A stretch of 64,000 nt of DNA from a virus. Positions 36,943-45,713 of this stretch are shown here, piece by piece. Position 1 is the stretch's first letter. Each line of letters begins with the position of its first letter. The stretch lies in the IMG/VR virus record IMGVR_UViG_3300027857_000004, positions 1 through 64,000 of that record. One strand, 5' to 3'. The translations under genes and the position numbers were made by a program. Below the pieces are notes generated by a model. That model saw only the letters and a list, made by a program, of their open reading frames with translations, was not told the origin of the DNA and did not search any database.

Positions 36943-37212
36943 TTACATCATCAGCGCTAGTAAAGAGTCAATCTGCCTGCCGTAGTGCTTGTCTCTCCAG
37001 GTGTCGTAAATTCGCTTGCGCTTTCCTCTGGGTGGGCGCGGATGAAATCGAGCGTTTGGCCCGGCGACACGTTCCCAGTAATTGTGGCGTCGCAATTGTT
37101 TTTTCGACATCGACTTCAACCCATGCCAGTGCACAGCATGAATAAAGCGAATCGCATTTCGGAGTGCTCGTTCGGGTGTCATAAAAACAACGAAGTGATG
37201 AGGGCAGCCCAT
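36943..37212 (-). CDS. Hypothetical basic protein
   Basis: ORF in the tightly packed minus-strand small-gene array; start uncertain. Confidence 0.4.
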   Translation of the reverse strand: MGCPHHFVVFMTPERALRNAIRFIHAVHWHGLKSMSKKQLRRHNYWERVAGPNARFHPRPPRGKRKRIYDTWRDKHYGRQIDSLLALMM

Positions 37213-37466
37213 GCGATGACTTCAAGAATCGCCCGGTCACGAACTAACTGGCGCCGGGTTTTTTGCGGCTCGAACTGGGCACGCAATATACACGAAAAGC
37301 AAATGGCACTCATTCTCGTTCGTGCTGCTCGCTCCCGCGCGGAGTCCAAAAGTATCTTGTGCCGTCCCACTCGGTGTAACCGTCGCCGCCAAACAGGCCG
37401 CGAGCAGCGAGGAATTGGGTAACTCTGGCGTGATACCAAGTCGAGGGAAAATAGTAAGTAACCGTG

Positions 37467-38189
37467 TCAGTAAGCCTCCGCTTCCTCACGCGTGATGAAA
37501 AAGTGAATACCACCGGAGCATTCAACACGCGGGTCCGGGTCAAAAGAAGCGGGCCTTACAACCTTCCCGACCACGTATTTAAACTCCGGGTCGTGGCTAC
37601 TTGCCCCGGCGCCCGAAATGACTTTCGCATACTCAGCGCGACACTTTCGGCCAATCAAACCGCCAACTCGCTTTGCCTTTGCCGGAATCTTGAGTTTGCA
37701 AATGCTTCCGCCTGAAAGTTTCTTCCAACCAATCAAATCGCCTTCCGGAACTATCGTTTTAATGAAAAGAATATGCTCCCAATTTGTCGCGCCGCTGAGG
37801 TCCGCGCCGCTGAGGTCCGCGCCGTAGAGGTCCGCGCCGTAGAGGTCCGCGCTGCGGAGGTCCACGCTGCGGAGGTCCGCGCTGCAGAGGTCCGCGCTGC
37901 GGAGGTTCGCGCCGTAGAGGTTCGCGCTACTGAGGTTCGCGCTAATGAGGTTCGCGCTACTGAGGTCCGCGCCGTAGAGGTCCGCGCCGCTGAGGTCCGC
38001 GCCGTAGAGGTCCGCGCTGCGGAGGTCCGCGCTGCGGAGGTCCGCGCTGCGGAGGTTCGCGCTGCGGAGGTTCGCGCCGTAGAGGTCCGCCGTCGATGCA
38101 ATAGCGGCAGCAACCGCACCACCGATTGTTTCGGCATCGGTCTCAAAGATTACTTTTTCGTCCCAACGATTTTTGATTTGAATTTTCAT
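37467..38189 (-). CDS. Pentapeptide-repeat protein with C-terminal DUF5758-like domain
   Basis: About 20 A[DN]L.[SG] repeats; C-terminal GWKK...RKCRA...CSGGIHFFITREEA. Confidence 0.9.
   Translation of the reverse strand: MKIQIKNRWDEKVIFETDAETIGGAVAAAIASTADLYGANLRSANLRSADLRSADLRSADLYGADLSGADLYGADLSSANLISANLSSANLYGANLRSADLCSADLRSVDLRSADLYGADLYGADLSGADLSGATNWEHILFIKTIVPEGDLIGWKKLSGGSICKLKIPAKAKRVGGLIGRKCRAEYAKVISGAGASSHDPEFKYVVGKVVRPASFDPDPRVECSGGIHFFITREEAEAY
37789..38091. repeat. 15-bp tandem repeat encoding the pentapeptide pairs
   Basis: Variants of GCGCTGCGGAGGTCC / GCGCCGTAGAGGTCC repeated about 20 times. Confidence 0.9.
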
Positions 38190-38197
38190 GTTTGTTT

Positions 38198-38437
38198 TTA
38201 GCTAAAATACGATTCGATTAAGTGGTCACGCTCGATGCCTGTCTTCGCCTTCCGGAGACGGGTGACAAACTTTGCCGCTTTCGCCGGAGCGAGAAACACG
38301 GTGTTTCGGAGTTTCGCACTGTGCAACACAATCCCATCTGCTACGCTGCCCGTCCAGCTGCAATGCCGGTTGTGGTTGTCTTCCACCTTTTCAGTGGCAC
38401 GATTATTCATCGCGATTATTTCAGTAAGTCCGTGCAT
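38198..38437 (-). CDS. 79-aa protein paralogous to a module of the giant virion protein
   Basis: RHCSWTG...GIVLHSAKLRNTVF...IESYF aligns with RHTSYAG...GLVLHSAKQRSTVF...VESYF encoded at 19621-19788. Confidence 0.8.
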   Translation of the reverse strand: MHGLTEIIAMNNRATEKVEDNHNRHCSWTGSVADGIVLHSAKLRNTVFLAPAKAAKFVTRLRKAKTGIERDHLIESYFS

Positions 38438-38646
38438 ATAAAATTGTTGATTCCAGATTTCATCGCTGCCGCGAATTTCGAAACGTGGCAGTTACAAGCC
38501 GGGCGAAACTCCCAGGCCGGGTGTTGCGGCGGCAGGTGCGAATTGTGCACCGTGAAAACTCGCTCTGGGCAGTCTTCGTTATGCTTGAGATTGAGCAGCA
38601 CGTCGATTGCCAAGTCGGCAGGGATTAAAACGTTGTCGCTGTTCAT
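38416..38646 (-). CDS. Hypothetical protein
   Basis: 76 aa, H...C...CNC; promoter TTGCAT-N17-TAATTT at 38672-38700. Confidence 0.55.
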   Translation of the reverse strand: MNSDNVLIPADLAIDVLLNLKHNEDCPERVFTVHNSHLPPQHPAWEFRPACNCHVSKFAAAMKSGINNFICTDLLK

Positions 38647-38726
38647 AACCAGTATTCGTCAATCGCCCAGGAAATTAGCACGCACATCAGCACGATGCAA
38701 CCGAAAAAAGATGCGTCGGTCATGGG

Positions 38727-38843
38727 TCAGTCAAACAGATAATTAATTAGCCAGAACGCCAGAACTACCGAGGCGATGACCAGTGCGGGCACGACCCACA
38801 GGGTATTGTTGATTGCGACTGCGTCGATTTGTGCGAGGGTCAT
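38727..38843 (-). CDS. 38-aa single-pass membrane peptide (below the ORF-track cutoff)
   Basis: MTLAQIDAVAINNTLWVVPALVIASVVLAFWLINYLFD*; starts 4 nt after the upstream stop. Confidence 0.55.
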   Translation of the reverse strand: MTLAQIDAVAINNTLWVVPALVIASVVLAFWLINYLFD

Positions 38844-38847
38844 AAAA

Positions 38848-39006
38848 TCAGGGAGCTTGATAAATGAGCGACGAGCGGAACAAACCGGCGCTCTCGCGAA
38901 TCAGTTTGTAGCCCGCGTTCTCCAGCCGAAGCTTTTTGCGCTCAGCAGCGCGCAGACTCTTGATATCTTGCCCGTCCCACTTGACCTCAACTTGTTTTCT
39001 ATTCAT
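38848..39006 (-). CDS. 52-aa basic protein (below the ORF-track cutoff)
   Basis: MNRKQVEVKWDGQDIKSLRAAERKKLRLENAGYKL...; ATG 6 nt below TTGACA-N16-TATTCT (39013-39040). Confidence 0.65.
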   Translation of the reverse strand: MNRKQVEVKWDGQDIKSLRAAERKKLRLENAGYKLIRESAGLFRSSLIYQAP

Positions 39007-39049
39007 GCCAAAAGAATATCACACCTCGCGAAACTGTCAACAGTTTGTT

Positions 39050-40543
39050 TTAGTCTATTTGTAAGTTGTTGGGAATCAGGTCATTGTCGAGCAGCGCATC
39101 CAGATTATTCAGCTTCGCTGCGAGTGCTCTGCGCATCGGCACCTCGACCGATTTCGCCGCGAAAATCACCCGGTAATATGCAGCCGATTTGCCGCCATCG
39201 CGAGCAAGGCGACCGAATAACTGCCTCATCGCGGTTGCTGAGTCGGATGGAAACACGATACCCACTCTTGGAGAGTCGCCAGTTAAATCGTGAAGCGAAA
39301 GAGATTCCCGGCCAGCTTGATTGTTCACTATTAGCTCGCGGAATTTGTTGGCCTGAAAATCGTCCACAATCTGCTGGCGGTTTTTTGTGTTGTTCCCGTC
39401 GATTATGCGAGCGTTCGGAAATCGTTTAAACAGCTCATCAATTGTGGCGCGAAAATTCACGAAGAACGCGACCGAGTTTCCTTTTTCAATATAATCCTGG
39501 CCCAACTCAGCGGCTACCCCAATTTTCAAAAGTTCGATGAGCTGCCTTGCGCGTAGCCTTTTTGTCAAAGGCAATTCCGGGTTAATGTCTAGCGAAGCGC
39601 GTTCCTGCAGCTTCGAGTAAGAGTCCGCAATATCGGCATACAGCGCGTTGAGAGCTTCGGTGTCCTTGTCCGGCAGCGTGTATAGTTCAGCCGAAATATG
39701 CCGTTCGGGAAAATCGGGTATGTCTTTTTCTGAAAGTCTAACGCCGCGCATCTGAGTCCGAATGTCCGCCATGATAGCGAGCTGGTCGGCCTGGGACGCT
39801 TGCCATGCCCAGCCTCGCATGGGCACACGACGGCAGCCTTTTCGATAGGCCCAGTTATCGAAGTTGGCTAAGCCATGCAAGCCGAGAAGATAACCCAGCG
39901 CGCGCATCTGGAGTGGCGAGTTAGCAGGAGTGGCGGACAGCGCTAGCGTCATAATGCCTTGCCGTTTGGCGGCAATCATCATTTCCGCGTTTAAACTGTC
40001 ATTCGCGGCGCGATGACATTCGTCTAGGATGATAAACTTAACACCAGGATGAAACTGAAAGCGACCGTAACGGTGCGGGCGAACTTTAGTTTGAACGCAG
40101 TGCGTGCCAAACCTGTGGTGAGGGCAAGCCATGAATTTCTCCGCCTGCATTTCTACAACCCGCAGGCAAACGACGCATTGAAAAAATTCTCTTTGCGTCT
40201 TCGAAAGCGGTAAGCCCCCGCTCCACGAACCCAAACTTGTTCTCCCGCTGCGCAACATTTCCCAGCTGAGTATGGTGCAAGTGTCGCCGAAATGTGAAAA
40301 AGCTCTCTTCCATGACTCTACAGAAATCGCCGGAACAACTGCCAAAGTTGGCACGTTAAGATATACAGCCGCGGCTGCAGCTGTGTAACTTTTTCCCGCA
40401 CCAGTCGAACTTGTGTCAATAGCTGCCCCATGCTGTTTGAGAATTTCAATGAGCTGTTCAGCTGGCTTGATTTGCCAAGGCCGGAGTTTCTGGGAAATTT
40501 GGGCAGGCAAAAGCCCCCCAATATCGTTTAGCGGCGTCATCAT
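39050..40543 (-). CDS. Superfamily 2 (SNF2-like) helicase
   Basis: LRPWQ, TGAGKS, ILDECH, LSATP, GRESLSL, Q.FGR..R.G; Cys/His insert CVVC...CPHH...HC. Confidence 0.9.
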   Translation of the reverse strand: MMTPLNDIGGLLPAQISQKLRPWQIKPAEQLIEILKQHGAAIDTSSTGAGKSYTAAAAAVYLNVPTLAVVPAISVESWKRAFSHFGDTCTILSWEMLRSGRTSLGSWSGGLPLSKTQREFFQCVVCLRVVEMQAEKFMACPHHRFGTHCVQTKVRPHRYGRFQFHPGVKFIILDECHRAANDSLNAEMMIAAKRQGIMTLALSATPANSPLQMRALGYLLGLHGLANFDNWAYRKGCRRVPMRGWAWQASQADQLAIMADIRTQMRGVRLSEKDIPDFPERHISAELYTLPDKDTEALNALYADIADSYSKLQERASLDINPELPLTKRLRARQLIELLKIGVAAELGQDYIEKGNSVAFFVNFRATIDELFKRFPNARIIDGNNTKNRQQIVDDFQANKFRELIVNNQAGRESLSLHDLTGDSPRVGIVFPSDSATAMRQLFGRLARDGGKSAAYYRVIFAAKSVEVPMRRALAAKLNNLDALLDNDLIPNNLQID

Positions 40544-40973
40544 AGGCTCGCGCTGCTTCCTCTTCTGAACAGAAGTATCCTACATCTATCCATTTGTAAT
40601 TTACCGTAATCCTAGAACGCCATTTATTGCAATTAGGCGCCCAGGAGACTCCTTTAAATCGGCTCGAAGTGGCACCCTTTTCTTTCCCTCTGTTCGCGCC
40701 GTTCTGAGCCGTGGTTGCTTTTCTAAGATTGTATCGCTGGTTGTTTAAACTGTTTCGGTCTTCGTGGTCGACCTTTACGCCAGAAGGAACCTGTAAAATC
40801 TCTCGGTGCATCTGGAACTGCAAGCTTCGTCCAAGTTCTGGAAAATATTCTCCTCGACACGCGTATAATCTTCCCCTGGAGTTACGCACTTGCCATTTCC
40901 ATTGCATCAGCCAATCGTAATCGGCGTCATCCACCAGCGCGACCTGACCCTGAGTTAAAGGAATTTCTTTCAT
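40458..40973 (-). CDS. HNH homing endonuclease with AP2 domain
   Basis: MKEIPLTQG...MHREIL...VDHEDRNSLNNQRYNLR.AT..QN..N...S.FKGVSW...EAARAYD.AA. Confidence 0.9.
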   Translation of the reverse strand: MKEIPLTQGQVALVDDADYDWLMQWKWQVRNSRGRLYACRGEYFPELGRSLQFQMHREILQVPSGVKVDHEDRNSLNNQRYNLRKATTAQNGANRGKEKGATSSRFKGVSWAPNCNKWRSRITVNYKWIDVGYFCSEEEAARAYDDAAKRYWGAFACPNFPETPALANQAS

Positions 40974-41311
40974 GAGATTTTGATTTTTCGGCTAACTCTG
41001 AACGCATTGAATTCTTGCTGTTGCTTCGTCAGTTGTGCTAAAAAATATTCTCCATCGCTCTGCGTCCGGAAACGAAAAGGAAACGGGTCGGCGGCCCAGC
41101 CCGTCCCACTCTTGGGCTGAATCCTAAGCTCCCACACCGCGTCGAGCCACTCCTGGTTCGGTAGCGCGCATTCTCGTCCCAGGCATTTACGCATGACGAA
41201 CGGCGGTATCGGTCCCGCGTGCTTGCGAGACGTTGCCCAGGAGAATGCGGGACACGCTGCGATGGCACTCACAGCGAGACAGACCGACTTGAAAAAACTT
41301 CTGCGGTTCAT
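40970..41311 (-). CDS. Protein with twin-arginine (Tat)-like signal peptide
   Basis: MNRRSFFKSVCLAVSAIAACPAFSWA; TGATG-coupled to the upstream gene. Confidence 0.6.
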   Translation of the reverse strand: MNRRSFFKSVCLAVSAIAACPAFSWATSRKHAGPIPPFVMRKCLGRECALPNQEWLDAVWELRIQPKSGTGWAADPFPFRFRTQSDGEYFLAQLTKQQQEFNAFRVSRKIKIS

Positions 41312-41832
41312 CAGAACGGGATATCGGAAAACCGAGAACACTTTGGTCCGTGCATCTTTCCTGGCGAAGAGCCGCACTCCTGGCAATAGCTTTCCACCCG
41401 CTCAACGCAAGGGCTCGGATAGCCCGGCATAAGGTCGGCGCATACCGGGCACAGCGGGCTGCACGACACTGGTGCGGTGGTGGCTGCCGCCTTCTCTGCT
41501 TCAAGTTCTTTCTGAAGCAGCGCAAGGGCTCGCCATGCCATCTTCGCACTGTGCCGGGTGCCATCCTTGTCGAGATTGCCTCGTTGCAGGAAATGGCGGA
41601 GAAGAGTATCGGCCTCGTCACCTGACTTCGTCCGGTCCCAGTGCAGCGGCTTGCCGGTATTGTGCTGCTCGTTGCCGATGTAGGAGACATTCGCCACGAC
41701 CGCACACGCATCGGGGAAGTAATCTAATAGGCCGGAGGCAACTGGAAATTTTTTACGCTCGGCGGCTGAATCCGGAAGCACGGTCGCGCGAGTCGGGGCG
41801 CCGCCAATACCTGGGCATGATTCGTTACTCAT
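41311..41832 (-). CDS. dATP/dGTP diphosphohydrolase (DUF5664-like) with Cys-rich tail
   Basis: ERK..P..SGLLDYFPDA...VA.VS..GN.QH......W.R.KS.D..D.L.RH......D.DG..H.AK.AWRALA.LQ. Confidence 0.75.
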   Translation of the reverse strand: MSNESCPGIGGAPTRATVLPDSAAERKKFPVASGLLDYFPDACAVVANVSYIGNEQHNTGKPLHWDRTKSGDEADTLLRHFLQRGNLDKDGTRHSAKMAWRALALLQKELEAEKAAATTAPVSCSPLCPVCADLMPGYPSPCVERVESYCQECGSSPGKMHGPKCSRFSDIPF

Positions 41833-42290
41833 GGTCTTTTCCTCAACTGATATTTTCCATCTTTCGAAATCTTAACATACCAGATGTCCAGGTCGAACCG
41901 TTTTGCAATCTCAATTTCGGCTTGCACACCTGTCGATTCTTTCCAGCCCGGTATCGTCAACACGATGAGCATGTCGGATACGAAAAGGAAATCGGTATCG
42001 ATTTTCTGCCAGAATCCCCAGTCACCTTGCATCCCGGCGAGGTGAAGCGCGTGCGAGTGGATAATTGGCGAAAACACATTCAGCTTGTGATTCTCCATCA
42101 GCCACTTCGCCGCCTTGACTGCCTCGTCGCACCGCATCGACTTGACTTCGTTGTCGGTGCAATGAACGAAATGAGTTACATGCAGCCCGCGCCGAACTGG
42201 AGAATACGGTGAAGCTAGATACGCGAGCGGGAAGTTTTTCACCCCCATTACTAAGTGCGGTGCTAGCGGGTCCATGACTCCGTTCCTCAT
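41829..42290 (-). CDS. DUF1937-like (nucleoside deoxyribosyltransferase fold) protein
   Basis: YLASPYS...VFSPI.HSH...W...D..FL...D.LIVL..PGW.ES.GV.AEI..A. Confidence 0.85.
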   Translation of the reverse strand: MRNGVMDPLAPHLVMGVKNFPLAYLASPYSPVRRGLHVTHFVHCTDNEVKSMRCDEAVKAAKWLMENHKLNVFSPIIHSHALHLAGMQGDWGFWQKIDTDFLFVSDMLIVLTIPGWKESTGVQAEIEIAKRFDLDIWYVKISKDGKYQLRKRP

Positions 42291-42478
42291 GACATTTCGG
42301 CAACTTTTTTGCGCAGCTCATCGACCGCTTGGTTCGCCACACTCGCAGCTGCCGGAGCGATGCCGTAGTGATGAAGGCAAGCGATAAAGGCATGCTTCCA
42401 GAAGTCGATTTCTCCTGGCACTTGCGCCTGACGCTTTTCATAACCTTCGGGAAGCTCAATTACGGATTTGTTTGACAT
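42287..42478 (-). CDS. Hypothetical protein
   Basis: 63 aa, ATGA-coupled. Confidence 0.6.
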   Translation of the reverse strand: MSNKSVIELPEGYEKRQAQVPGEIDFWKHAFIACLHHYGIAPAAASVANQAVDELRKKVAEMS

Positions 42479-42490
42479 ATTTTTTTAATG

Positions 42491-42961
42491 TTAGAAGTTG
42501 GTGACTGCAAACTCTCGATACATTTTGCGGGCAGCGGCATCGTAAGCCTTGGCCGCATCAACCTCGCTTGAAAAGCTGCCTAAATATAGGCGTTGCCCGT
42601 CTGCGTAAATGCGCGCCATCCACTGTTCCCGATAACTATGGACTCCCTTATACTGGCTTGAACACCCGCTTCGTTTCCTTCGGTTTCTGTTATTTTGCGA
42701 GAAAGTGGCTGGGCGCAAGTTGTGCCGTTGATTGTCTAACCCGTTTCTGTTTTGATGGTCCACTCGCGGGCACCCCGGAAGCAAAACGCTATGCATTCCA
42801 ATCGTGGTTTGCTTTCGCGTAATAGGGTCACGCGGCGACTTGCGAGAGGCATAGAACGTGTTGTCAGCCTTTATCGCATGCCAGTTCCACTGGCTCAGCC
42901 AATCAAAATCGGCATCGTCCACTAGGGCAAACTGACCTTGAGTGAGCGGAATCCGTTTCAT
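42491..42961 (-). CDS. HNH homing endonuclease with AP2 domain
   Basis: MKRIPLTQGQFALVDDADF...VDHQNRNGLDNQRHNLR...SQYKGV...YLGSF.SE.DAAKAYD.AA. Confidence 0.9.
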   Translation of the reverse strand: MKRIPLTQGQFALVDDADFDWLSQWNWHAIKADNTFYASRKSPRDPITRKQTTIGMHSVLLPGCPRVDHQNRNGLDNQRHNLRPATFSQNNRNRRKRSGCSSQYKGVHSYREQWMARIYADGQRLYLGSFSSEVDAAKAYDAAARKMYREFAVTNF

Positions 42962-43317
42962 TGAACCCGAGGCACAATTGTTTTCTCGACGATTTTGCCA
43001 CCCTTCTCGTCCGCCTTGCGGCTGGTCTTGTCGTATTCGCCAGCGTTGCGGTTGCGTTCGAGTGGCCAATATTCCTGTGGGATAGCATCCGGCCTTGAAT
43101 CAGCCGGTGTGTTCTTCTTTGATTTCTTCATAATATGTTAATTCACTCATTTGGTAAAACGCTCAACACGTCCCAGTCTTCCATTGACTTTTCTGTTTCG
43201 CTGACCACATAACTCCACGGGTCTTCGCTCGCCTGACTGGCGGTGCAGTTGTCGCACACAAGCTCTTTGATGCCCGTGCAGCGAATTTTGACTATGTGGC
43301 TTTTGTCGCCGGGCATG

Positions 43318-43569
43318 TCAGTTTCCTTCCAGTGAAGCGGGCATCTGGCTGCCGTCGCATGAATGCTTCGGTGGTAGCGCAGCAACGAGGTCAAGAAAAG
43401 CCTGGATAGCGGCGTCTGCCTTTGCAACAGCTTGCTCAACAGTAGGTGTCACGGTGACGCTACCAAAGCAATTAGTAGGATTGATAATAGTCTGGGTGCG
43501 GGCAAGCTCGCTCGTCACGATGTCGCGCCACCAGGCTTGAAGCTCCGGATATTTTGAAAGATTAATCAT
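43318..43569 (-). CDS. Hypothetical protein
   Basis: 83 aa, coupled to its neighbours. Confidence 0.55.
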   Translation of the reverse strand: MINLSKYPELQAWWRDIVTSELARTQTIINPTNCFGSVTVTPTVEQAVAKADAAIQAFLDLVAALPPKHSCDGSQMPASLEGN

Positions 43570-44558
43570 ATAACCATTAAAGATTCTACGACAGTTTCGG
43601 GTGCGGACACAACTTCTTTCCTGAACTGGTCCGGCGTCATCAAGCGGTCCGTGGCTGGCATCTTGGCCGGTTCGTCCATCCAGATTACACGGAGACGTGG
43701 CTTGCCATTACGCTGCTGAGATAGCTGCTTCGACACTTCGTTGTCGAGGTGCGTAGTCAGCGCGTTAGACGCACCGCCGGAGCCGACTGCGTGATAGTGA
43801 ACGAACCCAGCTGCCTCAAGCGCTTTGAATTCAGCTGACGTTTGGACACCTACAACAATCGATTGACCTTGTGTGGCAGGAATGCTACCGAGAATCAAGC
43901 CAGCCCAGAAACCGGCGGTGCCGAAATCGGCGAACGTTTTTCGAATCAGGCCGAGCAGCAGCAAACGTTCGAGAGTGTAAGGCGCCGATTGCGATTGAAT
44001 ACCTTCGCCCCAGGCACGAAAAGGCGCCACCAAAGAGGCGGGCGGTTCGCCTTTGAGCTGGCAGGTCGACTTGAGCACTTCGGCTGCCGTCTTATTCAAG
44101 CTGACGACTGCAGTCGAAACAGGCAGGTTGACTAACAGCCGCTCAATACCGGCGTTGCCGCCAATGCGACCGGTCACGAAAATCTTGGGCAGGAACTGAA
44201 CGGGCGCGGGCGACACGGAATCCACGGCTTGTTCAGTCTCGTTTACAGCAACAGAGGTAGGACCAGCCACAATCGGGGCAGATACCTGGGACGGTTGGCC
44301 TGCAGAGGAAGCTGCCAACTCCTTGAAAGCGCGCGCGACTTCGGCTTTTGATTCCGGCGCGAGCACCATTCGCTCCGCGTCGTCCGGTGTCGCCGGGTTG
44401 TTTAGCTGCGCCACGATTGACCGCAGAGTTGCGACGTCCGCGCTGTGCCCGTGCAGTGTCTTCGGCACTACCGCTTTTTGCGTGCCCAGACCTAGTTCTG
44501 CATCGGCAGGAAGGTTTGGGTTGATTGAAAACTTTTCTCTTTCTTGTTCGGTGGGCAT
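43566..44558 (-). CDS. Hypothetical protein, possibly a degenerate dNMP-kinase fold
   Basis: KIFVTGRIGG at the P-loop position but without GK[ST]; later FW...IVV.V....E...L...GF pattern resembles dNMP kinases. Confidence 0.4.
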   Translation of the reverse strand: MPTEQEREKFSINPNLPADAELGLGTQKAVVPKTLHGHSADVATLRSIVAQLNNPATPDDAERMVLAPESKAEVARAFKELAASSAGQPSQVSAPIVAGPTSVAVNETEQAVDSVSPAPVQFLPKIFVTGRIGGNAGIERLLVNLPVSTAVVSLNKTAAEVLKSTCQLKGEPPASLVAPFRAWGEGIQSQSAPYTLERLLLLGLIRKTFADFGTAGFWAGLILGSIPATQGQSIVVGVQTSAEFKALEAAGFVHYHAVGSGGASNALTTHLDNEVSKQLSQQRNGKPRLRVIWMDEPAKMPATDRLMTPDQFRKEVVSAPETVVESLMVI

Positions 44559-44562
44559 ACAT

Positions 44563-45054
44563 TTACAGAGCTTTGATTAAACGGGAGTCAGCTTCGCTTT
44601 TCAGCGCAGCCATGAAAACATCACACGCGACGGCCTTACGATTTAACATTTCGATTGCCTGCTCAAGCAGCCGCTTCGCAGCTGGTGACGAACCGCCGAG
44701 GATTTCCAGCCGGGCGGCTTGTTTCTTGAGTAGCCTGTCGATAGTGACGCGGCTCGAAAAGGTTCGCTTTGCCCATTTCGCCAACTGTGATGCATTCGCT
44801 TTGCGGCAGCGGTCCGCACAGTTCTGAGCGAATGATTTCGGTTCGAGTGTTGAGCAGAAAATTCCATCTGCCCGGGCAAGGTGGCAGTTCTTGCGAAGGC
44901 GCATTGTCAGGCGAGCACCTGGAGCACACAGCAATTCGGTGGCGACTTCGGCTGGCATCTGGTCGGGCAGCTCGATTACGCCGCGGTTTTGAGGAATCGG
45001 TTTGGACTTTTTGTTTTTGTTGAGGTGTCGATTCATATTTGTATCTTGGCCCAT
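44563..45054 (-). CDS. Hypothetical protein
   Basis: 163-aa ORF in the array; contains C...C..FC...C...C. Confidence 0.55.
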   Translation of the reverse strand: MGQDTNMNRHLNKNKKSKPIPQNRGVIELPDQMPAEVATELLCAPGARLTMRLRKNCHLARADGIFCSTLEPKSFAQNCADRCRKANASQLAKWAKRTFSSRVTIDRLLKKQAARLEILGGSSPAAKRLLEQAIEMLNRKAVACDVFMAALKSEADSRLIKAL

Positions 45055-45242
45055 TTAGCAACGATTTTGGTTATGGCTTTTCGCATTCTTCGTTTTACCG
45101 GATTTCCGATTGACTTCGGCTCAACAGAAAAAATATCTGTCAGCACTGCACAAATAATTTTCTGATTGTGCAGCCTAGCGAGTTGGTTCATGCTAGTGCC
45201 CGGCAGAATCAGACGCTTTAGTTCCATCGTCTCGAAACACAA
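45033..45242 (-). CDS. Hypothetical protein
   Basis: Short ORF in the array. Confidence 0.4.
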   Translation of the reverse strand: MCFETMELKRLILPGTSMNQLARLHNQKIICAVLTDIFSVEPKSIGNPVKRRMRKAITKIVAKWAKIQI

Positions 45243-45362
45243 CGTCCTGGTTTGATTCTACTTCGGCTGCCTGCTCTTCAGCAGAGTAAACTCTGCCGCC
45301 ATCGTCTTTATTGGAACCGTCATTTGGGTTGTTCATTTGTTTTGTGTCTTTCTTTGTTTGTT

Positions 45363-45713
45363 CTACCTAGTTTGTTCATGGTCATTCGGATTGAACTGTA
45401 AATCGATTGGCCGGTCAGCGCGAGTGGCAGCTGGATACGTGCCATTGAAAATTCGACCCACGGAAACATTAAAGGTCTCCCAAATGCGAGTGTGCGGTCG
45501 AAAATAAAGGTCACCTTCTTCGATTAGTTCGCCCTTCACTAAATGGCGACACCCAATTGGAGGTGGCTCGGGTCGCTTGCCCTTCCAATCGATAGCGTCG
45601 AAATTCCGCCTGTAACTCTCATTCAGTGGGCTGCGGGATTTGTCACCCTTGCCTGCGGTTCGGTGGTTGTTGTCGAACAAATCGCGGCGGTTCGATATGT
45701 GGCGGCTACTCAT
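45363..45713 (-). CDS. Hypothetical protein
   Basis: Contains AGKGDKSR....YRRNFDAIDW, a pattern common in small phage proteins. Confidence 0.6.
   Translation of the reverse strand: MSSRHISNRRDLFDNNHRTAGKGDKSRSPLNESYRRNFDAIDWKGKRPEPPPIGCRHLVKGELIEEGDLYFRPHTRIWETFNVSVGRIFNGTYPAATRADRPIDLQFNPNDHEQTR

Noticed and set aside
37751-38201. Alternative-frame ORFs with RTSAA or AEVRA repeats; possible CRISPR array
   Set aside because: Shadows of the 15-bp pentapeptide repeat; there are no unique spacers.
41311-41832. 2-aminoadenine (Z) genome pathway
   Set aside because: No PurZ/adenylosuccinate synthetase-like or HD-domain dATPase gene is recognisable in the window.
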